Positions 49,399-62,019 of a DNA stretch of 64,000 bases are shown here, piece after piece. The position numbers and the translations under genes were made by a program. This DNA is from Mytilus edulis (Eukaryota): assembly GCF_963676685.1 (NCBI RefSeq), contig NC_092350.1:30318001-30382000 (forward strand). The letters run 5' to 3'. Position 1 is the first letter of the stretch, and each line of letters begins with the position of its first letter. Below the pieces are notes generated by a model that saw only the letters and a program-made list of their open reading frames with translations, was not told the DNA's origin and did no database searches.

Positions 49399-50612
49399 GC
49401 TAAATTATAATTCTGGGTTAAACACGGGGGGCGGGTATCGAAACTCTGTCGCTCAAACATTCACGAGATCACCGATAATTTAGAGATATAAATATATATA
49501 AATAAGAAAACCTTATGTTGAGGCTATGAAAAATATTGCATGCACATTCACTCAATGACAAAATTATAAACACATTCAAGCAGTTAATGTCCAACATTGC
49601 ATTGACAGCAGAAAACTGAGGTCAGAGATACTGTAGACAAGATGTTATCGTATATAACCACCATGTCAATTAGTTAGGATGAATTTTTCTGTATTTTTTT
49701 TTTATTGATGACGCTCTGACTTAAACGGCCAAACTTTAATCAGATTCTCCACTGTAACAGTCTATAGTTGTATATTTGTTTTGAAGGGAAGGTGGGAGGG
49801 GGATATAGCTCTAGAAATTTTACCCCTGGCTACAAATGGGCACACAATCTTACTTACTCCGTTTGGAGTGCCGAGCCGACAATTTCCACATTTGCTTTTT
49901 CGATGTAGAAAATGATTTGAGTATATTTCCATCATCGTATATGTAATGCACAGTGAAAAAACAGCCGTATACGTAGCATATTTCAATAAATTATCATTGA
50001 TTCAATAAATTACGACTTTTATCATTTTACTCAAGTAAAAATATTGTACCTGACATTTGACGTTATTAATTTTCGCATCTGAACCAAACGAAGCAGCGTA
50101 TTCCTGAAGGCTACCATTGTTAAATTCTATAGACCTTTCCTGGGACAGAGCCACGTGGTGCCGACCTGATAAACAAAGTTTGGATAATAATAGTTTAATA
50201 TGATTACGATATTTAAGAGATAAGAGATGATTCTATTTTATAAGTACATTTCTATAATTTATTTCTTCACTATCGGATTTTATATTATCAATCATCGCAA
50301 CATATGCAGTCTGTGAAAAACTAAAAAAATCACGAATATGTGTCATATCAAAATATCTTGTCCTTTTCAACACTTTGCAAAATGTTTTCCTCGATGTTAT
50401 CTTATATCTTGCATCCAAAAAGTATCATATATCATTTGATGCTTGAGATACGATGCACTAATATATACCAATTCTACATAAAAACACATATAAGTAAACT
50501 AAAAAAAATAAATTGTAAAACGAACAAGATGAGAATTGTCACTTATACGGAAGCGTATCAGCGCCACGCATTAAACAAATATGGTGGTGCTAATACGCTT
50601 CTGCACACTTAA

Positions 50613-51156
50613 GGAGGCTCGCGGGTATAAGATTTTCAGAAAAAAAATAAACATTTATTTTTCATTACAAAATTTATTTATTACCTTTAGTAGTTGTTAC
50701 TTTATCATATGGTACACAAATCATTCATAAAAATCAATTCGTGTTGGCACAGGTGACTTTTATAGGCTCCAAATTATCTCCCTTTGGTGCAAAAATGCCA
50801 TTGTTTTGCATTAAAATTGAAATATCTTTTTTAACTCATCGGTGACCTATATTTTTTTTTTATTGTTTTCGAATAAGCTGTACATAAACTAAATAATGGT
50901 AAAATTTAAGCGATTTCTGTAATTTAGTTCTTTTTTTTATTTCGATATTACCGCTATTTCTCCTATTAGTTTAACAGAAAAAAGGGCATTAACAAAAATG
51001 TATGCTTCTTTCGAATGCAGATTGTGAGCGTAAATGAACGGTTACCCCATTTTTTTATTTCATTTTTCTAATAAGTATAAGATAAAGTTCATTTATAGAA
51101 AAATATAGAGAAATCCTACATTAAATAAAACAATTGATTTAGACCCGCGAGCCCCC
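50613..51156. mobile_element. Kolobok-like MITE with TTAA target duplication
   Basis: TTAA|GGAGGCTCGCGGGTATAA ... TTAGACCCGCGAGCCCCC|TTAA (16/18 TIR). Confidence 0.85.
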
Positions 51157-51983
51157 TTAATAGGGCGTATTGCATTTAGCTTGTTCAAGATAAAGAGAAA
51201 ACCATGGTGTTCAAGATAAAGAGAAAACCATGATGTTCAAGATAAAAAACAACAACAAAAAACAAGAAAGCAAACAAGAACAAAAACTTAAACAAGTAAC
51301 TGCAGTAGGTTTTACTTTTATCTAATTATATAAGCATTGAATGAATTAGTTCGTTATTTTATCGGGGTGTACAAAAAGTTGACCAAAGCATATTTTGAAT
51401 GAAGGGCTTTATGAATGATCATACGCTCAACCCTATACAATCTTAAAAATTCTGATAATGACATTAAATGCTTTACGTAATTTTCTATTTGTTTACCTTT
51501 AAAATATGCATTGTCAGGGGAAGCACATGCAGTCATCATGGTCACGAATGTTTTTGAATGCCTTGCGATTGTTGTCTGCCATTCAAAATGACGGATTTTA
51601 ATAAGACAGCTATGTTATGTTATTACTATTACCACTATAATTTGATTTAGAATTCTGTTCTTGTTTAGTTTATTAAATAATACTTTTGAGTTGACTATTT
51701 ATAATTTGATAACTGGTAAAAATTACCAAACATGGATAAACTAATTATATGTTCTTACATGATCAGAGTACCCATCAGATAGAATATTACATTATTTGAA
51801 GATGAGGACGCATACATTAATTGTATGACGAATTTGTATGACGAATTTGAATTTGAATCGTGTCTTCATTGATACGTATATACAGTGCAGAGATTATCAA
51901 TCTGTCATCGTGTTCGTCCACATAACAAATTGTCATTTTTTTTTGTATTTTAGTCATTCAAATAACGGATTTGCTCAATAAAC

Positions 51984-52630
51984 ATGTCACAGTTTGTAGG
52001 GAAATGGAAAGGAAATAAAGCTTCAAGAAAGAATTTTGAAGAATACTGCAAATTGACTGGTGAGTCTTTGAAAATCTGTTATTAATGTATAGCAGACAAC
52101 CACGATGTCGAGTGGCATTGAGGAATTGAATTCAGTCGAGATAGTTTCTCCTTTAATAATATAAAGCAAATTCGATTGTTCATTAGATATCATCGGAGTT
52201 TCCGTTTTTCATCGAACGGATTTTAACACCATTTATGAGTGTCACTGAAAAAATTCTAGTTTACTTCTATTTTGTTCATTTTGTCTTTCGATTAAACATT
52301 TCTGTGTGTCTTTTCCTGTAAACTAACACTATTTTACGTAGATAGTAATCTATTCATTAAGTAATCCTTTTTTATAATTACAATTCACGACAAATGATTA
52401 TTTTGAATCATATTAAAGGTATAGGACTATGTATATGACGTTGTATTGTAGGGGTTCCTGAGGATTTGGTAGAAAAGTATCGTAATGCCACTACAACTGT
52501 TGAATATGAAAATGAAGACGAGAACTGGACCATGACCGTCATATCAGATGCCATTCCAGCCCCGCGGGTATTCAAGTATAAATTAGGAGAGGAATGCGTT
52601 TCTCAAGACGCCCAAGGGCAAGGTATCAAG
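51984..52630 (+). pseudogene. Partial FABP copy 1 (exons 1-2 only: 51984-52059, 52452-52630)
   Basis: Matches exons 1-2 of the complete copy, with no exons 3-4 of its own. Could act as an alternative 5' end. Confidence 0.75.
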
Positions 52631-53720
52631 GTAAAAATTGCATATAAATAAATAGTTGTGACAGTTACAAAACAATAGAAGATATCAGTTTGATTTCTCC
52701 TATTAGTTTAACAGAAAAAAGGGCATTAACAAAAATGTATGCTTCTTTCGAATGCAGATTGTGAGCGTAAATGAACGGTTACCCCATTTTTTTATTTCAT
52801 TTTTCTAATAAGTATAAGATAAAGTTCATTTATAGAAAAATATAGAGAAATCCTACATTAAATAAAACAATTGATTTAGACCCGCGAGCCCCCTTAATAG
52901 GGCGTATTGCATTTAGCTTGTTCAAGATAAAGAGAAAACCATGGTGTTCAAGATAAAGAGAAAACCATGATGTTCAAGATAAAAAACAACAACAAAAAAC
53001 AAGAAAGCAAACAAGAACAAAAACTTAAACAAGTAACTGCAGTAGGTTTTACTTTTATCTAATTATATAAGCATTGAATGAATTAGTTCGTTATTTTATC
53101 GGGGTGTACAAAAAGTTGACCAAAGCATATTTTGAATGAAGGGCTTTATGAATGATCATACGCTCAACCCTATACAATCTTAAAAATTCTGATAATGACA
53201 TTAAATGCTTTACGTAATTTTCTATTTGTTTACCTTTAAAATATGCATTGTCAGGGGAAGCACATGCAGTCATCATGGTCATGAATGTTTTTGAATGCCT
53301 TGCGATTGTTGTCTGCCATTCAAAATGACGGATTTTAATAAGACAGCTATGTTATGTTATTACTATTACCACTATAATTTGATTTAGAATTCTGTTCTTG
53401 TTTAGTTTATTAAATTATACTTTTGAGTTGACTATTTATAATTTGATAACTGGTAAAAATTACCAAACATGGATAAACTAATTATATGTTCTTACATGAT
53501 CAGAGTACCCATCAGATAGAATATTACATTATTTGAAGATGAGGACGCATACATTAATTGTATGACGAATTTGTATGACGAATTTGAATTTGAATCGTGT
53601 CTTCATTGATACGTATATACAGTGCAGAGATTATCAATCTGTCATCGTGTTCGTCCACATAACAAATTGTCATTTTTTTTTGTATTTTAGTCATTCAAAT
53701 AACGGATTTGCTCAATAAAC

Positions 53721-54367
53721 ATGTCACAGTTTGTAGGGAAATGGAAAGGAAATAAAGCTTCAAGAAAGAATTTTGAAGAATACTGCAAATTGACTGGTGA
53801 GTCTTTGAAAATCTGTTATTAATGTATAGCAGACAACCACGATGTCGAGTGGCATTGAGGAATTGAATTCAGTCGAGATAGTTTCTCCTTTAATAATATA
53901 AAGCAAATTCGATTGTTCATTAGATATCATCGGAGTTTCCGTTTTTCATCGAACGGATTTTAACACCATTTATGAGTGTCACTGAAAAAATTCTAGTTTA
54001 CTTCTATTTTGTTCATTTTGTCTTTCGATTAAACATTTCTGTGTGTCTTTTCCTGTAAACTAACACTATTTTACGTAGATAGTAATCTATTCATTAAGTA
54101 ATCCTTTTTTATAATTACAATTCACGACAAATGATTATTTTGAATCATATTAAAGGTATAGGACTATGTATATGACGTTGTATTGTAGGGGTTCCTGAGG
54201 ATTTGGTAGAAAAGTATCGTAATGCCACTACAACTGTTGAATATGAAAATGAAGACGAGAACTGGACCATGACCGTCATATCAGATGCCATTCCAGCCCC
54301 GCGGGTATTCAAGTATAAATTAGGAGAGGAATGCGTTTCTCAAGACGCCCAAGGGCAAGGTATCAAG
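53721..54367 (+). pseudogene. Partial FABP copy 2 (exons 1-2 only: 53721-53796, 54189-54367)
   Basis: As copy 1, offset by 1737 bp. Confidence 0.75.
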
Positions 54368-55457
54368 GTAAAAATTGCATATAAATAAATAGTTGTGACA
54401 GTTACAAAACAATAGAAGATATCAGTTTGATTTCTCCTATTAGTTTAACAGAAAAAAGGGCATTAACAAAAATGTATGCTTCTTTCGAATGCAGATTGTG
54501 AGCGTAAATGAACGGTTACCCCATTTTTTTATTTCATTTTTCTAATAAGTATAAGATAAAGTTCATTTATAGAAAAATATAGAGAAATCCTACATTAAAT
54601 AAAACAATTGATTTAGACCCGCGAGCCCCCTTAATAGGGCGTATTGCATTTAGCTTGTTCAAGATAAAGAGAAAACCATGGTGTTCAAGATAAAGAGAAA
54701 ACCATGATGTTCAAGATAAAAAACAACAACAAAAAACAAGAAAGCAAACAAGAACAAAAACTTAAACAAGTAACTGCAGTAGGTTTTACTTTTATCTAAT
54801 TATATAAGCATTGAATGAATTAGTTCGTTATTTTATCGGGGTGTACAAAAAGTTGACCAAAGCATATTTTGAATGAAGGGCTTTATGAATGATCATACGC
54901 TCAACCCTATACAATCTTAAAAATTCTGATAATGACATTAAATGCTTTACGTAATTTTCTATTTGTTTACCTTTAAAATATGCATTGTCAGGGGAAGCAC
55001 ATGCAGTCATCATGGTCATGAATGTTTTTGAAGCCTTGCGATTGTTGTCTGCCATTCAAAATGACGGATTTTAATAAGACAGCTATGTTATGTTATTACT
55101 ATTACCACTATAATTTGATTTAGAATTCTGTTCTTGTTTAGTTTATTAAATTATACTTTTGAGTTGACTATTTATAATTTGATAACTGGTAAAAATTACC
55201 AAACATGGATAAACTAATTATATGTTCTTACATGATCAGAGTACCCATCAGATAGAATATTACATTATTTGAAGATGAGGACGCATACATTAATTGTATG
55301 ACGAATTTGTATGACGAATTTGAATTTGAATCGTGTCTTCATTGATACGTATATACAGTGCAGAGATTATCAATCTGTCATCGTGTTCGTCCACATAACA
55401 AATTGTCATTTTTTTTTTGTATTTTAGTCATTCAAATAACGGATTTGCTCAATAAAC

Positions 55458-58400
55458 ATGTCACAGTTTGTAGGGAAATGGAAAGGAAATAAAGCTTCAA
55501 GAAAGAATTTTGAAGAATACTGCAAATTGACTGGTGAGTCTTTGAAAATCTGTTATTAATGTATAGCAGACAACCACGATGTCGAGTGGCATTGAGGAAT
55601 TGAATTCAGTCGAGATAGTTTCTCCTTTAATAATATAAAGCAAATTCGATTGTTCATTAGATATCATCGGAGTTTCCGTTTTTCATCGAACGGATTTTAA
55701 CACCATTTATGAGTGTCACTGAAAAAATTCTAGTTTACTTCTATTTTGTTCATTTTGTCTTTCGATTAAACATTTCTGTGTGTCTTTTCCTGTAAACTAA
55801 CACTATTTTACGTAGATAGTAATCTATTCATTAAGTAATCCTTTTTTATAATTACAATTCACGACAAATGATTATTTTGAATCATATTAAAGGTATAGGA
55901 CTATGTATATGACGTTGTATTGTAGGGGTTCCTGAGGATTTGGTAGAAAAGTATCGTAATGCCACTACAACTGTTGAATATGAAAATGAAGACGAGAACT
56001 GGACCATGACCGTCATATCAGATGCCATTCCAGCCCCGCGGGTATTCAAGTATAAATTAGGAGAGGAATGCGTTTCTCAAGACGCCCAAGGGCAAGGTAT
56101 CAAGGTAAAAATTGCATATAAATAAATAGTTGTGACAGTTACAAAACAATAGAAGATATCAGTTTGATTTACACACTAAAAATCGGGTAACACATTTTGT
56201 ACGCTTCAGAATGAAATACAATTTGACAAAAAGATAATTTTCAGGCGAAAATATGAGTGTTTTGTATATTATTGATGAAATCACATTCGCCCGTTGCCAT
56301 GGACGAAATGTACATCGTCTCTATAATAACCTAACGGAGAGCAAATTGAAATGTCGTTTTATCGTCTCATGATGCTGGAGTAGTCAAATTAATGCAGCTT
56401 TCGTATTACTTTTTCGTATCACACTCAATGCTATATAAATAAAAATCTGCTGCGAGCAAAATGTGTGCCCCTATTCAGCAGAATGTCTTTGGTCAAGTCC
56501 AAATTACTCCATATGCAGAACCTATCTACCAGATTAATTTCTAATTTGTTCTTGTATATGTTGTGTACAAGTTATCATTTTGTACACAAAAATTGTACAA
56601 ATTATAATTTGTATTTTGACTTTATACAAATTGTAATTTGTACAAAAAGTGCCTGTACAAATTACAAGGTGTACAAAAAATGACGAAAATTCACTTATAA
56701 CTTGTACAAAAATTTATAATATGGATTTTGGTGGAAAATCACTAAAGAATAAATGTTATTAAATGACCACACAGTTCATCTTATTGATCAAATACTTTTT
56801 TTTAAAGTAACTTAATTCTTTGTCATTCGTTAGAGCAGGTGAGTGATATAACAGAATTAAAATTTTATATTTGCGTCAGACGCGCGTTTCATCTACAAAA
56901 GACCTATCAGTGATGCTCGAATCAAACAAGTGAAAAAGGCCAAATAAAGTATGATGTTGAAGAGCATTGAGGACCAAAAATTCCTGTAAGTTTTGCCAAA
57001 TACATCTCAGGTAATCTATTCCTGTTGTAGAAAAACATTAATAATTTAAAATTTCAAAGTTTATAAACAATTATTTTATAATTATGACCATATCAGTGAT
57101 AGTTCAACACATAAGTGCTGACTTATGGTATCAGGTATTGCACAACATCTTTTGACAGTCTCATTTACGTTCAGACGTGATGTACTCACCTATGCATTTA
57201 CATGAAAGAAATCCTGGTCAGCCTGTTTTTTAAGGGCTGTTAAACTGCTTTATATAGTAAGATTTGAAGCGCAAGAAACCATAAATAACCTGTTAAAATT
57301 CGTACAGCTATTCCTATATTTGGTACCCAAAATCTCCAGATTCAACAATTACGCCTTAAATGTTGCGAGGAATGGTTTGGACACAATTATACTGAAAAAT
57401 ATGTATAATGACATTATCCCCAACCGTTAAGTTCTGATACATTTGTAGTTACAGTCTCATTTTCTTGGTAAGATACTGATATTACTCTTAAGTTTATTGT
57501 CAACACAGCGAACGCTTCTTATCAAAAATGATCGGTGTTTCATTGTGAGAGTCGTACTCAATTTAGCTACATGTATAAGCTCATTTTGCTTGTTCTTGGT
57601 GGACACATGGTTGTTCCTTTGTGTATCTTTCCTGCTAGTTTCAGAACCTTTTGGACAAATTACTTATTCTGATCAACATGTTTACACAATTACATCAACT
57701 GAGTAAATGACTAGAAGAGTGTAAATAATAATACCTGGGATATATAGCTTTGTCAATTAATTAAAGAAATTGACCCAAAAGTAATAAGCCGTTGCGAAGT
57801 GTTGAAGAAGAGATAAATGTGAAAGTCAAAAGATGCAATTTCCTATGTAATAATTCACTCACCTGCTCAAACGAATGATTAAGAACTACTTTTGTATTTG
57901 TACATAAGATGTACTGTATGGTCATTTAATAACAATTTTATGGGTGTGTGTATCAACGCTTTTTTCAACAAAATCCATAATTATTATAAATTGTTGTACA
58001 AGTTATAAGTGAATTTTCGTCAAATATTGTACAAATTACATGTACAAGCACATTTTGTACAAATAACAATTTGTACAAAGTCAAAATACATATTATAATT
58101 TGTACAATTCTTTTGTACAAATTATGATTTGTACAAAATGATAACTTGTACACAACATATAAGTAGATCATAGATTCAATATTTGCCAGTTGACGCAAGG
58201 AAAAACGTAATTAAGTCGGAACGAACTTGTCGATTTTTCAAACAAATGCGTAAATATTTTTTGTATGTTTCTGCTTGTGTGGGTATTTCTCAATTAAAAA
58301 AATATATAATTCAAATGTGACATTTATGTTGTTTTGGTCTCTTGTATTGTTACAAATTTACTTCAATTTTAAACATTTAACATATATTCAATTCAAGAAT

Positions 58401-59581
58401 TATCTTACTAGTTTACAGCTGTTATCAACTCTGATTGGAGCATGGTAGATTCGAGTAGCTTCGAAAGAATGGGATGGAAACCAACAACAACCACAAGGAG
58501 AGTTAACGGCAATGAAATGAATGTGGTAAATAACAATATATTTTTCATTGAAAGTTTTGATATAATTAATATTACTACACGTGTTGTTTATGTGAAAACC
58601 ACTAGGTAGATACCATTACTGGTTGAGTTTCGTCAACAAGGGTATCACCAGCTCAGTGGCATTGTGTTGACATGAAATGTCATTGCTATGTTCAGATTTT
58701 TGTTAAATTTTGAATTATTCAGAACATTATGGTTTTTCTACTCCCAGGCAAAGATTGCTTTACTGCCATATTTGAGAGAAAAAAAAACTTTCATAATTAT
58801 GGTTCTTAATGCTTTTCAGGTAAAAATATATTTGGCTTTTGAATTTTTGGTTTTTATTCGGCCGGTAATAATTAGTGTCATGTTGGTGAAAATCGCGCCC
58901 GACTTACTAAATTACAAACCATTTTAAATGGTTAAAATTTTGATAAAATATGTAGCAAAAACAACGAGAATTTACCTTTGCTTGTGCTATTTTGCTAATA
59001 AGAAAAGTTTATCCAGTAGCGACATATATGATGTTAACTTATGCAGAATCAATCAATCAATCAATCAATCAATTGAAATTTAAATAAAATATCATCTATG
59101 GTTTTCTAGCAATTGCTAGAATTGTATATTAAAAGTATAAACAACGTTAATGTCATAGCTGGTATAACAATGACGAAGAACAGTTAATCAGACACTGGGA
59201 ATGAGACAATTTGAAAACACGTCGAATGTCAACTGTGATCCTTTATACTGGAAATCATAATGCAATATAAATGTTATATCAAATTATATTTTTTACCAAA
59301 AATACCCCCGAATACGTCATCTTTCTAATATTTACCAATAGCTGAATTAGGATAGAGTATCTTTGTAACAGTCTTATGGGCTTTGCTTATTGTTGAAGCC
59401 CGTACGGTGACCTATAGTTGTTAATTTTTGTGTCATTTTGGTCTCTTGTGGAGAGTTGTCTCATTCGCACTCATACCACATCTTCATATTTATATTATGT
59501 GAAAAATTAATATACAATTTTTTGTTACAGGAAACTAAAACTGGTGATGCTACCATGTCGTATGAAATGGACAAAGTATAA
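55458..59581 (+). CDS. Fatty acid-binding protein (FABP/iLBP family), 139 aa; exons 55458-55533, 55926-56104, 58412-58525, 59531-59581
   Basis: MSQFVGKWKG...NFEEYCKLTGV (GxW motif), FKYKLGEE, TTTTRRVNGNEM, ETKTGDATMSYEMDKV*. Canonical FABP 4-exon layout with phases 1, 0, 0. Confidence 0.9.
56555..58161. mobile_element. Foldback element with ~300-bp inverted arms in FABP intron 2
   Basis: 56555-56850 is the reverse complement of ~57850-58161, e.g. TATATGTTGTGTACAAGTTATCATTTTGTAC / GTACAAAATGATAACTTGTACACAACATATA and TCATTCGTT.GAGCAGGTGAGTGA / TCACTCACCTGCTC.AACGAATGA. Confidence 0.8.
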
Positions 59582-61149
59582 ATCATACAACATATCTTCT
59601 GTGTGTTAATGCTTAAAACTTAGTGATTTACGCAGTGAATATGACAAAGACTCCTGATATATTGATACTTGTTTTCAAAAGTACAATCTCTAAGTACGAT
59701 AAAAAATATTTTAAGTAAAACTGGGTCTGGTTCTTTTGCATTTTTGATATTGCCAGTCTTATTTAAAATGCACATTCTGTTATTTACTTAGACGGGGTTA
59801 CAGATCATCACTTGCAGTGTAAGAAAAATGAACCAATTTGATATTTTTCGACAAACTTTTAACTCAAATATAAGAGTATAATTAGAGAGTTTTCTTGTAA
59901 GGTAAGTACTTTCAATCGGACGAACATTTATAAATAACTGATAATGACGGTAAATGATCGGTCATGTCAATTGACCTATTAAACTTAAGTTTATTGTGAA
60001 GCCGCTCTATTTATCTTATGTCAATTTCCATGGGATGGGCAAAACAACTAAAAACCAATGAATGACGCTTTAGTCAAAAAGGTTAATAAGTTAGCCTTTT
60101 TCGATTACTTTATACTGTGTGTTTAAAGGGAACACACACAAAATGAACAGAAACATAGGGAGTATTCCATTGGTGGCGGTTAAAAGTTGAAAAATATCCA
60201 CTTAGTTCATATCAACCAGCCTAGGTGCTTCTGTGAATATTAGTTTCACAATAAAAAAAATACTCGTGCTATTAACTTATAGGATATTGTTTAAATTAAA
60301 AAAACATTATTTGTAGACTGGCAATGAAAAATATCATATTTGGAAGAAACGCAGGAATATAACTGTTTTCAATATTTTACTGCAAAAAAAACCCACTGAA
60401 GTGAACTGGCTAAAAACGTTCTTTTACCTTCTGAATAGGTACACAACTGTTTGTTTTGTACGGTTAGTATTATTTCTGTTCATTCAGATGAACAAATACC
60501 AAATACTAGTAGTTATAAATGGTAAATGAACAAATCCATGACATGCATTGTTCTTGGTTTTATATAGTGAAAGGATATAGCATATTCACTGATACTCTCA
60601 ATACCCTGCGAATCTAAACTTAGTATTTTACAAAAATGTAAATTAGTTTCGCCAATACACATAAACCAAAAGACGACATTAATTAACTAAGGAATATCTA
60701 GGACAGACATAATTGGAACAGAAGTCTTCCCCCTAAAAAATATTTGACAGAAATTGACACTGCTATAGTACAAAATACTATTATGGTGTAAACAAATCCA
60801 AATCCAAAAACAATAAAGCAAACTGGAAATCGAACAGTAGAAAAACAGTTTATATGTAGATATTTGAACGGATATAACCGATTTTAGTACACAAGAAGTA
60901 CAATAACAAAAACACTGAAGTCCGAGGAAAATTCAAACAGGAAATGTCCTAGTCAAATGGCAAAATCAAAAGGCTGAAACACAACTGTCATATTCCAGGT
61001 ATTTTCTTATGTAGAAAATGATGGATTAAACCTGGTGTTAAAGCTAGCTTAACCGCTCACTTGTATGACAGTCGCATCAAATTCCATTATATTGAAAAAG
61101 ATGTGTAAACAAAACAAACAGACACAATAGATATAAATTTCTCAAATAG

Positions 61150-61740
61150 GGTATACCAGCAACACGAACCCCACCAACCTGGAGATTCGGAAGGGTAAGC
61201 AGGTCCTGTTCCACATATGGCACCCGTCTTGTTACTCATGTTATGACAAATCCGGTCAATAGTTTTTTTCGATTCGGTAGATCACATTCGTGAAAAGGGA
61301 TCAGGGTTGTAGTTACGACATGAGGAATATATCCAATATCATCTGTGAAACGTATGTTTCAAAAAGGTCAACCAGCTCGTGATGGCTTTCTCTTCATTTA
61401 CGAAGTGTGATGATTTCAACTTCACCATTTAGAACTCTTGTTTTAATAGCTTCCCAGTAAACATCAACCCTCTATAATCAGTCCTCTTTTTTGGATTCGA
61501 GCGTCACTGATGAGTCTTTTGTAGACGAAACGCGCGTCTGACGTATATACAAAATTTAGTCCTAGTATCTATGATAAGTTTATCTATAAAGTAAAAGAGG
61601 GACGAAAGATACCAGAGGGAAAGTCAAACTCATAAATCGAAAATAAACTGACAACGCCATGGCTAAAAATGAAAAAGACAAACAGACAAATAATAGTACA
61701 CATGGCACAACATATAAAACTAAAGAATAAACAAAGGTAT
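61150..61740 (-). mobile_element. Penelope-like 3' remnants, rearranged
   Basis: Same family as 16585-17020, with the two halves in swapped order. Confidence 0.55.
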
Positions 61741-62019
61741 CCATTATAAAAAGAAAATGCGGAAAGAAGTATTATCAACTGTTTAGAGGGATATACAGTG
61801 AACATTCCCCTCTTTATTTTTTAAACTAACAAATATAATTTCATTCATGAAATAATTTTTTTTTTTGACTCAATAATTTTATTATTTTGGATAATGAAAC
61901 TTCTCTTTTAGAGGACCCACTTTGTAATGATATTACGTAATCTGTATCGGGAAAAAAAATTGATGTTGAGTAGTTGCGAAGAAGGGCAGATTTGATGTCA
62001 ATTTTGAATGGACCAGAAA

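Larger units (their letters stand above)
50956..56170 (+). repeat. Tandem triplication, 3 x 1737 bp, containing the MITE right end, FABP upstream region, exon 1, intron 1 and exon 2
   Basis: Junction ATTT|CTCCTATTAG at 50956, 52693 and 54430. Identical ORFs recur at 1737-bp offsets. Confidence 0.95.

Noticed and set aside
51354-55055. Three repeated minus-strand ORFs (MTMMTACASPDNAY...)
   Set aside because: They recur only because of the 1737-bp triplication and have no recognisable domain or splice support.
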